DNA of 64,000 nt from Utricularia gibba (taxonomy: Eukaryota; Plantae; Magnoliophyta), in NCBI GenBank assembly GCA_002189035.1, contig NEEC01000010.1, positions 930,001 to 994,000 on the forward strand, given 5' to 3'. Under the pieces are notes generated by a model. The model was not told where the DNA came from. It was given only the letters and a program-made list of their open reading frames with translations, and ran no database searches. Below are positions 1-12,279 of the stretch, piece by piece. How positions within the stretch are numbered: the stretch's first letter is position 1; every line of letters begins with the position of its first letter. The translations under genes and the position numbers were made by a program.

Positions 1-765
1 GGTTTTACACAATGGTCTAACTCTTGTGTCACTCAAGAGAGCTCATAGGCTTAAACTCAGTTTTAACATGTTAAAAACAGGGCAGAGGGTCGTGGGAGTA
101 GTAAACATGTTAAACTTAACCAAACATGAAGAGCTTAAATATAAAGAAGTTCATTAGAGATTTTTCGTTCACACCAAAGCATCAGAAATGTAACAAAAAG
201 TATGGAAAGAAAAAAGTAACAGTAGCAAGTTCAACAACATAAATGAAGTGCAGAAAACGAAAATAAAAGTATCAGGCTGCTTTTGTGGACTGTAGATATG
301 CTGAATCTGAAGTTCTGGGTGTAGATTTGGTCTAAAAAACGTAGATCTGAGGCTGGTCGAAGCTGTTCACCAGAGAAATACAACCTTGCTCACGCTCCTC
401 ACTGTTCTCTCTCATCTCTCTCATCTCTCTCTTCTTCCTCTTTCCTTTTCTTGCTCAAAGGAAAGGTATCTCCATCTTTTACATGGGCTTTTAGAAGGAA
501 GATCTATTCTCTAGATCTTATCTTTTCAAAAGGTGGCTTTTTCTCAACTTTTCTACTCCTTTTGACTTGTCAACATGAAAAATGCGTTGCCAGTACTAAC
601 TCTTACCCTGTTAAGACTTTAACATAGACTAGAGGAAAAAATGAGAGTTTTCAACTCAATTGTTGCGAATGGAGCATGTTTTCACAATAAACACATTTCA
701 ACAAACTACACAAGAGGAGACAATTTAGCACACTAAAGAATATTTAACCCTACAAAATATGGTTT
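1..765 (-). mobile_element. Athila-like (Ty3/gypsy) LTR fragment, 'family 1', running off the window start
   Basis: The reverse complement of 1-50 and 560-765 aligns by eye with the solo LTR at 49641-50727 (e.g. gagtgacacaagagttagac; tctagtctatgttaaagtcttaac; ttttgtagggttaaat). Confidence 0.75.
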
Positions 766-2520
766 GAAATACAATTGGTATTAAAAATATTACTTTTGAA
801 ACATATATAGTTAACGTTATTGATAATGTGGGGTAAATGGGTGATGTACCGTTTTCCCAAAAATTAGTTCGTAAAATACCCCCTGTCGCATTGTGAGATG
901 TACATCGTTCTAAATCACATGTTATTTGGATCGAGAGCCTATTTTGTTTTATTTTATTTTGTATTATTTGGATTCTTAGTTGTTATTTGAAGCGAAAGCA
1001 TATTTTATTTTATTTAAAATTTGTATTACCCGTCCATCCTTGCGCGTTATTTGGCTCGAGTGCGTGTTTTTTTTATTTTAAATTTGTATGACTCGTCAAT
1101 CGATGCTTAATTGTTATATGGATCCTATGCATATTAGCTATGAACACTATTCCCGCATCGGAGGAATTTGGGAATCCCCTACGGACGTTGGTTCCGGTTA
1201 ACCCACGCCCGTATGGAATCTACTAATGGTCAGACAGGGGCGTCGGTTAGCCCAACTCACGCCCGTATGTGATTTATTAGTGCCTCTTAGAAATCGCATA
1301 CCGGCACAGCCTGTGGCTAACGCACGCCTATATGTTTTCTTTTGCACCCCACGAGCCTAGCTTGTGCATGTACTATATGAGTTAAATAACGACGGTTTTT
1401 ATTCTCACAATGCGATAGGAGGCACTTTACTAACTAATTTTTGGGAAAACGTTATATCACCCATCTACTCAACATTATTTATAAAGTCAACCATATATGT
1501 TTCAAAACTAATATTTTGTATACCAATTGTATTTCAAAAATAATTTTTTATTCAAAGAGAGTATTGTATTTATTTAACGTCAAGTATTATATAACTCAAA
1601 TAAAAAAATCATTTCTAAAACTTTTCTGGGCACAGGATCGCCTTTGGAAGGGTTTGAGGAAGCGGTAAATTGTGATCGATCCTCACGCACATGTTAAATA
1701 GAATGCATTAAATAATTTAAGTATTATATAACTCAAAGAGCGTAGCTAGTTTATGCGTGCATTATTTAATGCATTCGATTCAACAGGTGCATGAGGAGCG
1801 AGCGCAATTTACCTGCTCCCCAAACTCTTCCTGTGCCCAGAAAAGTGTTGAAATTGATTTTTTATTTATTTATATAATACTTGATGTTAAATAAATACAA
1901 TACTTTCTTTGAATAAAAATTTATTTTTGAAGTACCATTGGTATTAAAAATATTAGTTTTGAAACATATATAGTTGACGTTAAAGTGCCTCCTGTCGCAT
2001 TGTGAGAGGGATGCCGTGTTATTTGGATCGAGAATGATTTTGTGTTATATTTAATTTGTATTATTTGGATCCGTAGTTGTTATTTGAAGTGAGTGCATAT
2101 TTTATTTTATTTGGAATTTTTGGTATCCGTCGATCCTTGCATGTTATTTGGCTCGAGTGCGTGTTTTTTTTTTAATTTCAATTTTTATGACTCATCAATC
2201 GAATCTTAGTTGTTATATGAAATTGAATAATAAGATTTTTGAAAGCCTTTTTGGTGATAAAATGTTTGATTAAAAATAAGAATAAAAGATGTGGTCAAAG
2301 TACGGGTATTTTGAAAAAATAAATTTCTGACACACGCAATATAATAAATTTCTGTAAATAGGATAACATGACTATAGCTCTCGATCATCACGCATGACGT
2401 AGCTCGAATGTATTAAACAATACATTTGAAATTCATGGAATAAATATTATGGCTTTCGAGATTTACGGTGCATTTTGATCGAATGGATAAATTTTTTTTG
2501 TGGAAAAAATCCTACAGCAC
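760..2520. repeat. Composite AT-rich foldback / non-autonomous DNA-transposon-like repeat with nested inverted repeats and ~60-bp tandem units
   Basis: 760-865 is an inverted copy of 1440-1540, and ~1480-1716 is an inverted copy of 1761-1985. ATTTGGATCGAG units occur at 915-1125 and 2020-2220. Related modules recur at 10040-10700, 21690-21800, 27560-28190 and 34330-35500. Confidence 0.7.
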
Positions 2521-3163
2521 TCGACAATTTTAAACTATGAAAATTGTGATTGTCACAATTTTAAAAATTCTATTTTTAATATTTCATAAAAATTCTCTCA
2601 AAATTTGAAGGTATAGTAAAAAAATGTTTTTGAAAATTTTAAACTATGAAAATTGTGATTATATTTTATATAATGTTATATCCACAAGAAATACGAAATC
2701 CGCACCGCCGCCCCCAAATAAACCAGTTCGTTTTGAAGAAACGGTCGTCAACCAACTCACTTCGCAACACTTATATTGCATCGTGATCATTCATATTGCA
2801 TCATCGCATTCTATTGTGTGTAGTTGGCATTCTTCATAGTTCAGGAGAGGTTACGTGATTTCCTATGCATGCTTCTTGCCTTCAGCTGAAGGATTCCTCG
2901 ATACAGAGTAGTATCTCCAATCTGTTGGTTTCCCAAGGGGGTCGTCAATTGTACGCTGAAAGGTCAGAACATGATTCAATTCCCAAACTCCTTAGATTGT
3001 TTTGTATGGGTTCAATATTTTAGTCAGCTGTTTTCTATTTCGTCAACAAGTTCTGGTGATGCCTACTTATTGTCTGTATGCAGAATCTTGATTTTGATTC
3101 TTTCGCATAATGAAGTTGAACCCCTTAATATGTTTTAACTTGATTTCATAGTTCATTCTCGTG

Positions 3164-3402
3164 TGATGAAAGATGGCTGTTTCCACTTGAAGCAGAATAA
3201 CCGAAGGCACAGAACAGATATTTCACGCTTTATGGGCCTATTGGCTTTCTTTTATTTCTTTGTAATTGTACATAGTTAGCCCAACAAACAACTCTGCACA
3301 ATTGTATATATTGAATATCGCTGAAGCGGTAACCAGTGGGTTGTTCTTCCACATTTGTGAGCTGCTATGTTATTCTTCCAGAATCCATCTTGAATTTGTA
3401 CA
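3164..3402 (+). repeat. 5' LTR of the Ale-like copia element
   Basis: Direct repeat of 8014-8252; begins TGATG and ends TACA. Confidence 0.97.
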
Positions 3403-3420
3403 TGGTGCGGTGAGCGTGGA
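3403..3420 (+). promoter_or_regulatory. Primer-binding site complementary to the 3' end of cytosolic tRNA-Phe(GAA)
   Basis: TGGTGCGGTGAGCGTGGA directly follows the 5' LTR. Its reverse complement TCCACGCTCACCGCACCA matches the plant tRNA-Phe 3' end plus CCA as I recall it. Confidence 0.85.
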
Positions 3421-3428
3421 GCTGAGCT

Positions 3429-4454
3429 TTGTCATATTCTATGGCATCATCCCAAGTCTTTCCCACTGCCGTCGCTCATCCTAGGGCAAACAACGATGAT
3501 AGCGTCCACTTACCTGATCCTCTGTTCATCTCAGGTTCAGATAACCCTAGTACTCCTCTGGTGTCATATCCGTTGACTCCTGATAATTTTCTTACTTGGA
3601 ACAAGGATATCAAGTTGGCGTTGTCTGCTAAGAACAAGTTAGGGTTCATAACAGGAAGAGTTCTTCAACCTGATGAGAACAACTCAAAATTTGATGCTTG
3701 GGTTCGAGCAGATGCCATGGTCCTCTCTTGGCTGCGAAATTCAATTTCCAAAGAGTTAGCCCCTGGGTTTCGGTCTGCTAAAAGCTCTCTGGCTTTATGG
3801 GAGTCATTGAATCAACATTTTGGCCAAGTAAACATGTCGCTAGTTTTTCAATTGCACCAGGAACTTTTTTCTTTAGTTCAAGGAGACATGAGTGTGCCTG
3901 AATATTACACCAAATTGAAAGGAATTTGGGGAGATTTAAATGAATTACTTCCGGATGCATGTGGGAAGTGCATCAAGGTCATTGGGATTTCTCAAGTAGC
4001 CAAGTTCTTACATGGTTTAAACAACAACTTTGTGCATGTGAAAAATCAAATCTTGGCTACTGATCCACCTCCAACTATTGAACACGCCTTTGCTATGGTT
4101 ATGAATGTAGTAATGAGTGGTGGAACTGATAGGAAGGACGTTATTGAAAGTGCGTTTCTTGTCCAAGGTGACCCATCTGCACCAAATCATTCACAACTGA
4201 CCCCACGTGATTGGAAGGATTCCAAGGGACGATTCTGTGAGAAGTGCAAAAGGCCTGGGCACACAACTGAAACGTGTTGGGCTGGTAAAAAAGAAAGACC
4301 CTTGTGGTTCATCAAGAAGTATGGAAAGGGTAAACATTACATCAATCTTGTGGATACTCCTCCTATGGACCATTCATCTTCAAGTTCTATACCGATCATG
4401 CAACCACCTCATGTATTTTCTAGTCCTGGACCTTTACAACAGATCATTCAATAG
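3429..4454 (+). CDS. gag: Copia Gag (Retrotran_gag_3/UBN2_3-like N-terminus, CCHC zinc knuckle)
   Basis: 341-aa ORF with LSAKNKLGFITG, W...DAMVLSWLRNSIS and CEKCKRPGHTTETCW. It ends at an in-frame TAG (4452-4454) and pol continues in the same frame. Confidence 0.9.
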   Translation: MSYSMASSQVFPTAVAHPRANNDDSVHLPDPLFISGSDNPSTPLVSYPLTPDNFLTWNKDIKLALSAKNKLGFITGRVLQPDENNSKFDAWVRADAMVLSWLRNSISKELAPGFRSAKSSLALWESLNQHFGQVNMSLVFQLHQELFSLVQGDMSVPEYYTKLKGIWGDLNELLPDACGKCIKVIGISQVAKFLHGLNNNFVHVKNQILATDPPPTIEHAFAMVMNVVMSGGTDRKDVIESAFLVQGDPSAPNHSQLTPRDWKDSKGRFCEKCKRPGHTTETCWAGKKERPLWFIKKYGKGKHYINLVDTPPMDHSSSSSIPIMQPPHVFSSPGPLQQIIQ

Positions 4455-7400
4455 GAGGTCTGTCGCATGCTCAATATATCTCCACAAATGGGTCATCAGT
4501 CGATGGCTTCGGCTACACCTTCATCCCAAGCTCAGTATGCTGCCCCACCAGTCCAACAATCCTTTTTGGTGCAGCAGCAACCCATCAACCCTTCGTACTT
4601 GCATGGCAGCAATAGTGGAGGCTCTCTACACATGACACATCTAGGTGATTTTGCAGGTATTCCTTTTCTTACACTTGCTGCCTCCTCTATTCCATTGTCT
4701 GTGCATGGTAAATTTGGTTTATGGATATTAGATACAGGTGCTACTGCTCATGTCTGCAGTGATCCTACTTTGCTGACTAATGTATGCTTCCTTCCTGTCC
4801 CTATTTCGTTGTTCTTACCTGATGGTTCCCATATTTCTGTTCAACAAATTGGCACAGTCCGTTTATCTGCACATATCCACTTAGACAATGTCCTTTTCGT
4901 TCCTAGTTTCCAGTATAATCTCATCTCCATTCGTCAACTCGCCTCCTCTGCATATCTAGACATGCTCTTCACTGGTTCTTGCTGCTTGTTGCAGGACCAG
5001 GCAACTAAAACTTTACTGGGGGTGGGCAGAGTTCGTAATGACCTCTATATCCTTGACAAAAAATCCTTTTTGCCGCATTTGTTGAAGCTTTATCAAGCTG
5101 CTCATCAAGGCCTTTTGCATTCTAGTTGGAGCAATTTGTGCTTGGGTTCTGCCTCCTTTTTGTTCAATAGTAAGGCCTATTTTGCCGCCACTATAAACTC
5201 TAATGATGCCAATTTGCTATGGCATTGTCGATTAGGTCATATTTCTGAGTCGAAAGCAGCACATTTACCTTTTGATTGTGGTTTATGCAATACCCCTTGT
5301 GATATTTGCCATATGGCTAAATTTCAGCGTTTACCATTCAATTTAAGTACTACTCGTGCTCCTTATCCTTTGCATCTCCTTCATTGCGATCTTTGGGGAC
5401 CATACAAAACTCTGACTATCACTGGAACTTCCTATTTTCTCAACATCGTTGATGATCACTCTAGGTCGACATGGACTTTTTTACTTGCTCACAAAGGTGC
5501 CTTGCACTCCTTATTTGCTTCCTTTATTTCCCTTGTGGAACGTCAATTTGATCTACCTGTTAAAATTCTTCGTTCCGACAATGGGAAAGAGTTCACTTCC
5601 CATCAACTCGTTGAACTTTGTAACAATTTAGACGTTTTCCAGCAAACTACCTGTGTTGACACTCCAGCGCAAAATGAAGTCGTTGAGCGTAAGCACAAAC
5701 ATCTCTTAGAGGTAACTAGAGCCCTCTTATTTCAGTCAAAGCTTCCGGTTGAGTTTTGGGGGGAGGCATTACTCACCGCCACACACATTATCAATCGATT
5801 ACCATCATCGGTGTTGCATTGGTTTACCCCATTCGAAGTTATTAATCATGAGAGGCCAGATTACTCTTACCTTAGAACATTTGGGTGCTTATGTTATGCT
5901 TTCAACTTAGGTTCTAAGAGAGATAAGCTCCTTCCTCGTGCACTGAAGTGCGTGTTCTTGGGTTACCCCACTGGAAAAAAAGGGTACAGGTTGTTTGATT
6001 TGGAAAACAAGAGGATAATAATTTCCAGGGATGTTAAATTTTATGAACAATTTTTTCCCTTTGCAAACTCTGCTGGTTCTTCTATTCACACCGCTCCATC
6101 ATCACATTGGGTCACCCAACTTCCATCAGAACCTCTACCCTCTTCCGTATTGCCCTACTCTGAATCTTCATCCAGTTCTATCAATAATTTTGCAGATGAT
6201 TCACTTCCTACTGATCCTCAGGTCATCATTGATGATCAACCCCTTGATGAGTCTCCTCATCTCCCTTCTAGTGTTCCAGATATCACTGAACCTTCTTCAT
6301 CAGCTAACTCCATGTCACAACCAGAGTCTTCACCTCCAACACCTAATTTTCCTAGTATTCGCAGGAGCACTCGTTCTCTTATGCCACCTGCCTGGCTCCG
6401 TGATTTTGTTGCTACTTCCACCACGAACCCATCACCTTTACATTCTGGTAGCACCTGCATATGTACTCTCTTTGAACCTGTTACTTATGCACAGGCTAAA
6501 GGCATCGCAGGATGGGAGCTTGCTATGCAGGAGGAGTTGGATGCACATGAGAAAAATGGTACCTGGATTCTCACCACTCTACCTCCTGGAAAACATGTGA
6601 TAGGTTCAAAATGGGTTTATAAAAATAAGTTGAAGGCTGATGGCTCTTTGGAGCGCCGTAAGGCTCGTCTTGTGGCTAAGGGATATAGCCAAATTGAGGG
6701 GATTGATTTTACTGATCGCTTTGCTCCAGTGGCGAAGCCTGTCACAATCCGATTGACATTGGCAATGGCCATACAGTTGAATTTGTTTATTCATCAAATC
6801 GATATCAACAATGCGTTTCTACATGGCCACTTGGATGAACAAATTTACATGGCATTGCCTGAGGACACCAAGTTGGCTCTAATCTGGTATGTTTTCTGCA
6901 GCGTTCTATTTACGGACTTAAGCAGGCGTCGCGCCAATGGAATTTAGAATTGACTCGTGTGTTGCTCCAGCTTGGTTTACAACAGTCTGCTCATGATCCA
7001 TGCCTCTTTATGCTATCTGATTCACAGCTCATTTTATGGGTGATAGTTTACGTTGATGATATCCTTTTGCTCAGTTCTCGTATGGAAGCTATTGACAATA
7101 TTAAAGAAACTCTACACCGTGTGTTCACCATTAAAGACCTTGGTGAAGCCAAGTTCTTTTTGGGAGTTCAGTTTATTCGAACTTGTACAGGTCTCCTTCT
7201 CACTCAGGAGCATTATGCTCGTCGCATATTAGAGGATTTTAACATGTTAGATCAAAAGGAGTCGCCTTCTCCACTCCCACGAAATCATAAATTCAATGAT
7301 GGCAAGAATCAACCAGTGCAAAACCCTGAAGGTTTTAGGCAGTTGATTGGTCGATTGTTATATCTCGGTTTTATTCGACCAGATCTTTCTTTTGCAGTGC

Positions 7401-8050
7401 AACAACTCAGTCAATTCATGGAACATCTGACTGCTGAGCACTGGGAAGGCGCTTTCCGCCTGTTAAGGTATTTACTAGGCACTGCAGGTTATGGCTTGTG
7501 TTACACTGCAGCAGCAGAACCTTCATTGCGAGCTTTCTGCGATGCGGACTGGGGTTCGTGCACTCTGACTAGAAAATCAGTGACTGGCTTCTGCGTTTTT
7601 ATTGGAAATAATCTTGTTTCCTGGAAGACAAAGAAACAGGATACTATATCTAAATCATCAGCGGAGGCAGAGTATCGCGCAATGGGATCAGTGACCTTGG
7701 AACTTCTATGGATTTCCTATATCTTGAGAGACCTTAGATATCGCATACCATTGCCTATTCCTCTCTGGTGTGACAGTGAACCGGCCATACACATAACCAA
7801 GAACCATGTGTTTCATGAACGGACGAAACACCTTGATATTGACTGCCACACCGTTCGTGAACAGTACAAGAAGGGCTTCTTGCTACCGCAGCATGTGTCC
7901 TCTTCCAAGCAAGTAGCTGACATTCTCACTAAATCTCTTGCAGTCGGCCCTTTTATGAATTTGAGGTCCAAACTTGGAGTTGTTTCTTCAAGGGATCCAA
8001 GTTTGAGGAGGGCTGATGAAAGATGGCTGTTTCCACTTGAAGCAGAATAA
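4455..8050 (+). pseudogene. pol: Copia Pol (protease, GAG-pre-integrase, integrase, RT, RNase H) with a 1-bp frameshift in RT near 6864
   Basis: Motifs [59 protein letters not shown] and HERTKHLDIDCH. One missing G at gaggacac shifts [28 protein letters not shown] out of frame. Confidence 0.93.
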
Positions 8051-8252
8051 CCGAAGGCACATAACAGATATTTCACGCTTTATGGGCCTATTGGCTTTCT
8101 TTTATTTCTTTGTAATTGTACATAGTTAGCCCAACAAACAACTCTGCACAATTGTATATATTGAATATCGCTGAAGCGGTAACCAGTGGGTTGTTCTTCC
8201 ACATTTGTGAGCTGCTATGTTATTCTTCCAGAATCCATCTTGAATTTGTACA
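8014..8252 (+). repeat. 3' LTR of the Ale-like copia element
   Basis: Direct repeat of 3164-3402, preceded by a purine tract and followed by the TSD. Confidence 0.97.
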
Positions 8253-8473
8253 TCGTGTTACGTCCATTATTCTTGTCTGTTTCTTGGTATATTGCTAGTG
8301 CCAGACCATGCAAACCAGTAAGCACTTGCGACCTAGCAACTAAGGTCAGGCATTCTGGTGTTGTAATTGGAGGGTTTGAAGGCAATCTTCAACCCATTTA
8401 AGCAGCTAAGAAGTTTTGATTCAGAACATTTGATTGTTTATTGCCTCTTGTTTGAAGGTGTGGAATCTCTTAC

Positions 8474-9490
8474 ATGGTGGAAGTTTCAGCGGATGTGCCT
8501 GATGATATCATCATGAAAGTGTTACTAGGGCTCCCAGTAAAAACTATTCTCAGATGCAGGAGTTTGTCACATTGCTGGAAGAGCATAATTGACAGCCATG
8601 ACTTTATTCGACACCACATGATTCAGCGAGACATGGAGCTCCAATTTTAAGGGCATCTTTATTCCTTACGTGAAACTTCTTATATGCCTGCAATTTTAAG
8701 GGCATCTTTTGTAGCTTTAAGCATGTCTGATCGTATTGCGATTCCTATTCCTGCTGAAATCCCCTCTATCAAGGAGGTTATCGGTGCCTGTTTTGGCTTT
8801 GGAATCCTGCTACCAGATATGTAAGGATGGTGGGGCAGCCTGTAGAGGATGCCACAACTCATGTAGCTGCTGGATTTGGTGCTGACAATGATGGGAACTA
8901 TAAGATTGTGCTTATACTGTGCAGGAATTCTTTTTCTGATGAGTTGATGGTTTATAGCTTGACTTCTTATGCATGGAGACATGTAGGTCTACCCCTTGAG
9001 AATGTACAATTTGAGATTAGAGGTGGCAGGATGCTGAAGGGGAAGTTGTATTGGGAGAGAAGGATTACATATCTCAGGCAACATATTCTTACATTTGATT
9101 TGATGATTGAAGTCGATGAATTCATCAGCTATCCACCATTGGTAGATGGCAGTTTTGGATACCAGATGTCACTAGTAGGAGCTCTAGGAAACAAGTTATA
9201 CTTGTTCGTAATGGAGAGTGATAGTCAGAGGGGTGTTATCAAAACCTTAGTGGAGGAGGAACATGGATAGTAGCTGCTAGGCTTCTTTTCACTAGAAATC
9301 TATGTGGTCAGTATGTTCTTCCCTACATAACACCCCTGTGTATTGTACAGGGGATAGAATTCTGATTTCCTGCAAGCATTTGAGGGCTTATGGTCTATGG
9401 GATTATAGCTTCAGCATGAGGTGCATTCATAGAGTAAATATCAACTGCTGTAGACCCTTGCAGTGGTATGACAGTCCAGTGAGGGTATGA
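8474..9490 (+). pseudogene. Intronless F-box protein with F-box-associated (FBA) domain, disrupted
   Basis: ATG at 8474 gives VPDDIIMKVLLGLPVKTILRCRSLSHCWKSII (F-box). TAA at 8648-8650. Then VIGACFG, a frameshift to LWNPATR, GFGADNDGNYKIV, VYSLTSYAWR, GKLYW and ILTFDL, with further stops near 9270. Confidence 0.88.
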
Positions 9491-10039
9491 GGTTCTACCT
9501 TGCAGTGGTATGACAGTGCTTTGGCTGACTACTCCTAACTCAAACTAAAGTGATGATTAGACTTGCATATTCCTAGTGTTTTGTGGCGAGGGCATCAAAA
9601 CAAAAACAAGAAGAAAATGGAGCGGCTAGAGGGGCAGCCTGATTATCCCTGGAGGTATGTGGGCCGAAGTCCCCCTGCATACCTTCTGCATATCTCGCCA
9701 TCATCTAACAAGTTCCAGACCTGCAAACCAGATGCTCTATGTTAGTAGTAAGCAGAGGACAAGACGAAGGAAGGATTCTGGTCCTAGTGCACAAGCAAAT
9801 TGGACCAACCTTCAGCTTGCATCTAGATCCCGCAATTGCCAAACTAAAAGGACTATCTTCTGAGAACGAAATGGAAAATACAGTGCCCTGAAAGCATATA
9901 TAAACATCTTCTTGATCAGTGCTACCAAATCCCTCTTTCTTTGGAATAACATCCAGAGGGGAGGGGAGAGGAGGCATCAGAAACATACAGTACACATTGC
10001 CCGGTGGTTTTCTCTTTTGAAACGCGGGAATCCATTGCC

Positions 10040-10700
10040 AACGGGAGAGAAAAGGAACTAATCCAGTCGTATGGTAAACACGCCAATCGTTAATAATTTA
10101 TATTTCTTCTCTTAATTCCATCCCAAATATCTAATTAATGTTCCTTGTTCGTGAGATAATTTCTATATATCTTTTAATTACCCGTAGAATACATTACATC
10201 ACCATTTTTTTATGAATTATAACTAGTAAACCGACTTACGACTAACCCCTAAAAGCAACCCACCCATTTGTTATGCCTAAACCACACTCGAATACAACTT
10301 CCCAAGCTATGTTCGCCGCACGGGCGAGGGTTACAGCTAAACAACGTTAATATAAAACACAAAAATAATGTTTTATTTTTGTTCGATTGGGTAATGGTAA
10401 ATTGCCCTCGATCCTCACGCACTAGATCGAGTGCATTAAATAACACACCCGAAGGCCGAAGCTCATGGAATACATATTATAGGGTTCGATATTAACGACA
10501 AATTTGGATCGAATGAACAAATTGCGTGGTATTTATGGTGGAAAAAGTCCCACACCGCTCACGTGTCCTTGTTGATTTAGATGGAAGCATAGAATGTATT
10601 ATTTTTTTTATTAAAAAAAGCACTCTATCCTTAAAAGTCATAAGGATAGAGTGCATTACTTGTTATTAAAATACTACTGCACTCACCCTCCACGTGGGTA
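10040..10700. repeat. Dispersed non-coding repeat modules (DNA-transposon-like)
   Basis: 10075-10205 matches 34920-35045 directly; 10400-10700 matches 34430-34720 in reverse complement. Confidence 0.75.
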
Positions 10701-12279
10701 TGCCACCCTCCACACGGGTGCGGGGTACAGTAACGCACGCTAGAGGTGGATTCGGTTCGAACTGGAGTTCCGGTTCAGTTCCATGAGGTGGATGTCTGTA
10801 CGGTTTTAGTTCCGGAACCGAAACCATTTGGAACCGTGGAACCGATGGTTCCAACCTATGTGTGAACCGTACTGTTTACGGTTCCGAACTATGAACAGTA
10901 CGGTTCAGATTAAAAAAATTTTAAAAAATTAAAAAATTAAAAATTTAAAAAAATTAAATAAAATTAAATAAAATTAAAAAAATTAAAAAATGAAAAAAAT
11001 TAAATAAATATATATTATTTCAGATACCCATATGATGGGATGTGGGTGCCTGGAAAATGATCTCAGGCGCCCTCATGACACTCTTACATGAGCAAGTGCG
11101 GGTGGCCGATGAATGGTCTCAGTCTCTCGGATGTTCTTCCCAGAAATTCACAATCCAATATGGGTGTCTGAAAAAATATTCCCGTTATCTATAAAATAGA
11201 TGATATTTTGTTTTTAATTTGAAAAATGCACAGTATTTATAAAAGATTAGATAAAAGGTTGTTATTAAAATGTAAAATAAATATAAAAAATAATTTTATT
11301 GATTTTATATAATTCGTAATGTTGTTCTATTTATTTCTAAAAATGTAATTTTATTGTATATATTTTCAATTACTGATAATTTTATCATTTTAATAAATTA
11401 TCTCATCTATTTAAGTCACTAATTATGCTGATATTAATTATAGTTTTTTAAGGTATTTTACAAAATACTCTAAATTAAGGTATTTTATAAATTAACATAG
11501 TATATTATATAATAAATTCAGTGAAATGTAACAATATTAAATATTCAATAAATCTATATGAATTATTTATAAATGATTATGAATAATTATTGAGTATATA
11601 CTATAAATTATAAAATTAGAGTGAGATTATTGAATATAAAATGTATAACCTCAATAGAAAATTACTAAATTACTCAAATTTATTTAATAATTTCGATAGT
11701 TCAATCAAATAAATATTTTAATATTTCAATATTTACATATTTTTCTCAATAACTAGTTATGCGTTGGCAAGGTTACTAATTTATCCATATTGGTAACACA
11801 ATACATATGATAAATTAGTAACACAATACATATTTAAACATAAGTATATATTTAAAATTCTCATGTGAATACTGCTGTGGCAGCATCATATTTAAAATAT
11901 ATAATTAAAATGTATTTTTTTTATGTATATATTAATCTCAATGGCTAGTACATGCATTTGTGACCGTGCACATTGTGAAGTTGCACATGGTTTTGAAAGT
12001 AATCGTTGCTATTAATTTAATAAAAAAATTTATCTATATATATGATAAATTTGCACATGGCTAGTACTTTCTTTTATTGTCTCATCACTCATTACCATAA
12101 ATAATTCTATTTGAACTTCTACATACAACTCGTGATTGGAGATACTCTCAAGTCTCAAGTTTCAAATTTCTACTTGGACGACATTGGTGAGGCCTGCAGG
12201 GTAACAAGTTTTTTTTATTTTTTACAAAATAAAGGGGTCTGGTTTACAAAATTCTTCTCAAGCTTCTCAAGCTGATTCT

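Larger units (their letters stand above)
3164..8252 (+). mobile_element. Full-length Ty1/copia LTR retrotransposon (Ale/Retrofit-like), recent insertion
   Basis: 239-bp LTRs (TG...CA) at 3164-3402 and 8014-8252 differ by one base seen by eye. Perfect 5-bp TSD TCGTG (3159-3163, 8253-8257). PBS at 3403-3420, PPT GAGGAGGGC at 8005-8013, domain order gag-PR-INT-RT-RH. Confidence 0.97.

Noticed and set aside
3403-3420. tRNA genes at the PBS-like matches
   Set aside because: Only the 18-20-nt antisense 3' ends are present (primer-binding sites); no full cloverleaf was seen in the window.
3266-3484. Identical short ORFs at 3266 and 8116 as duplicated small genes
   Set aside because: They are chance ORFs within the two LTR copies.
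9560-10000. Separate protein-coding gene downstream of the F-box
   Set aside because: Only short overlapping ORFs with no recognisable motif or consistent exon chain; may be 3' UTR.
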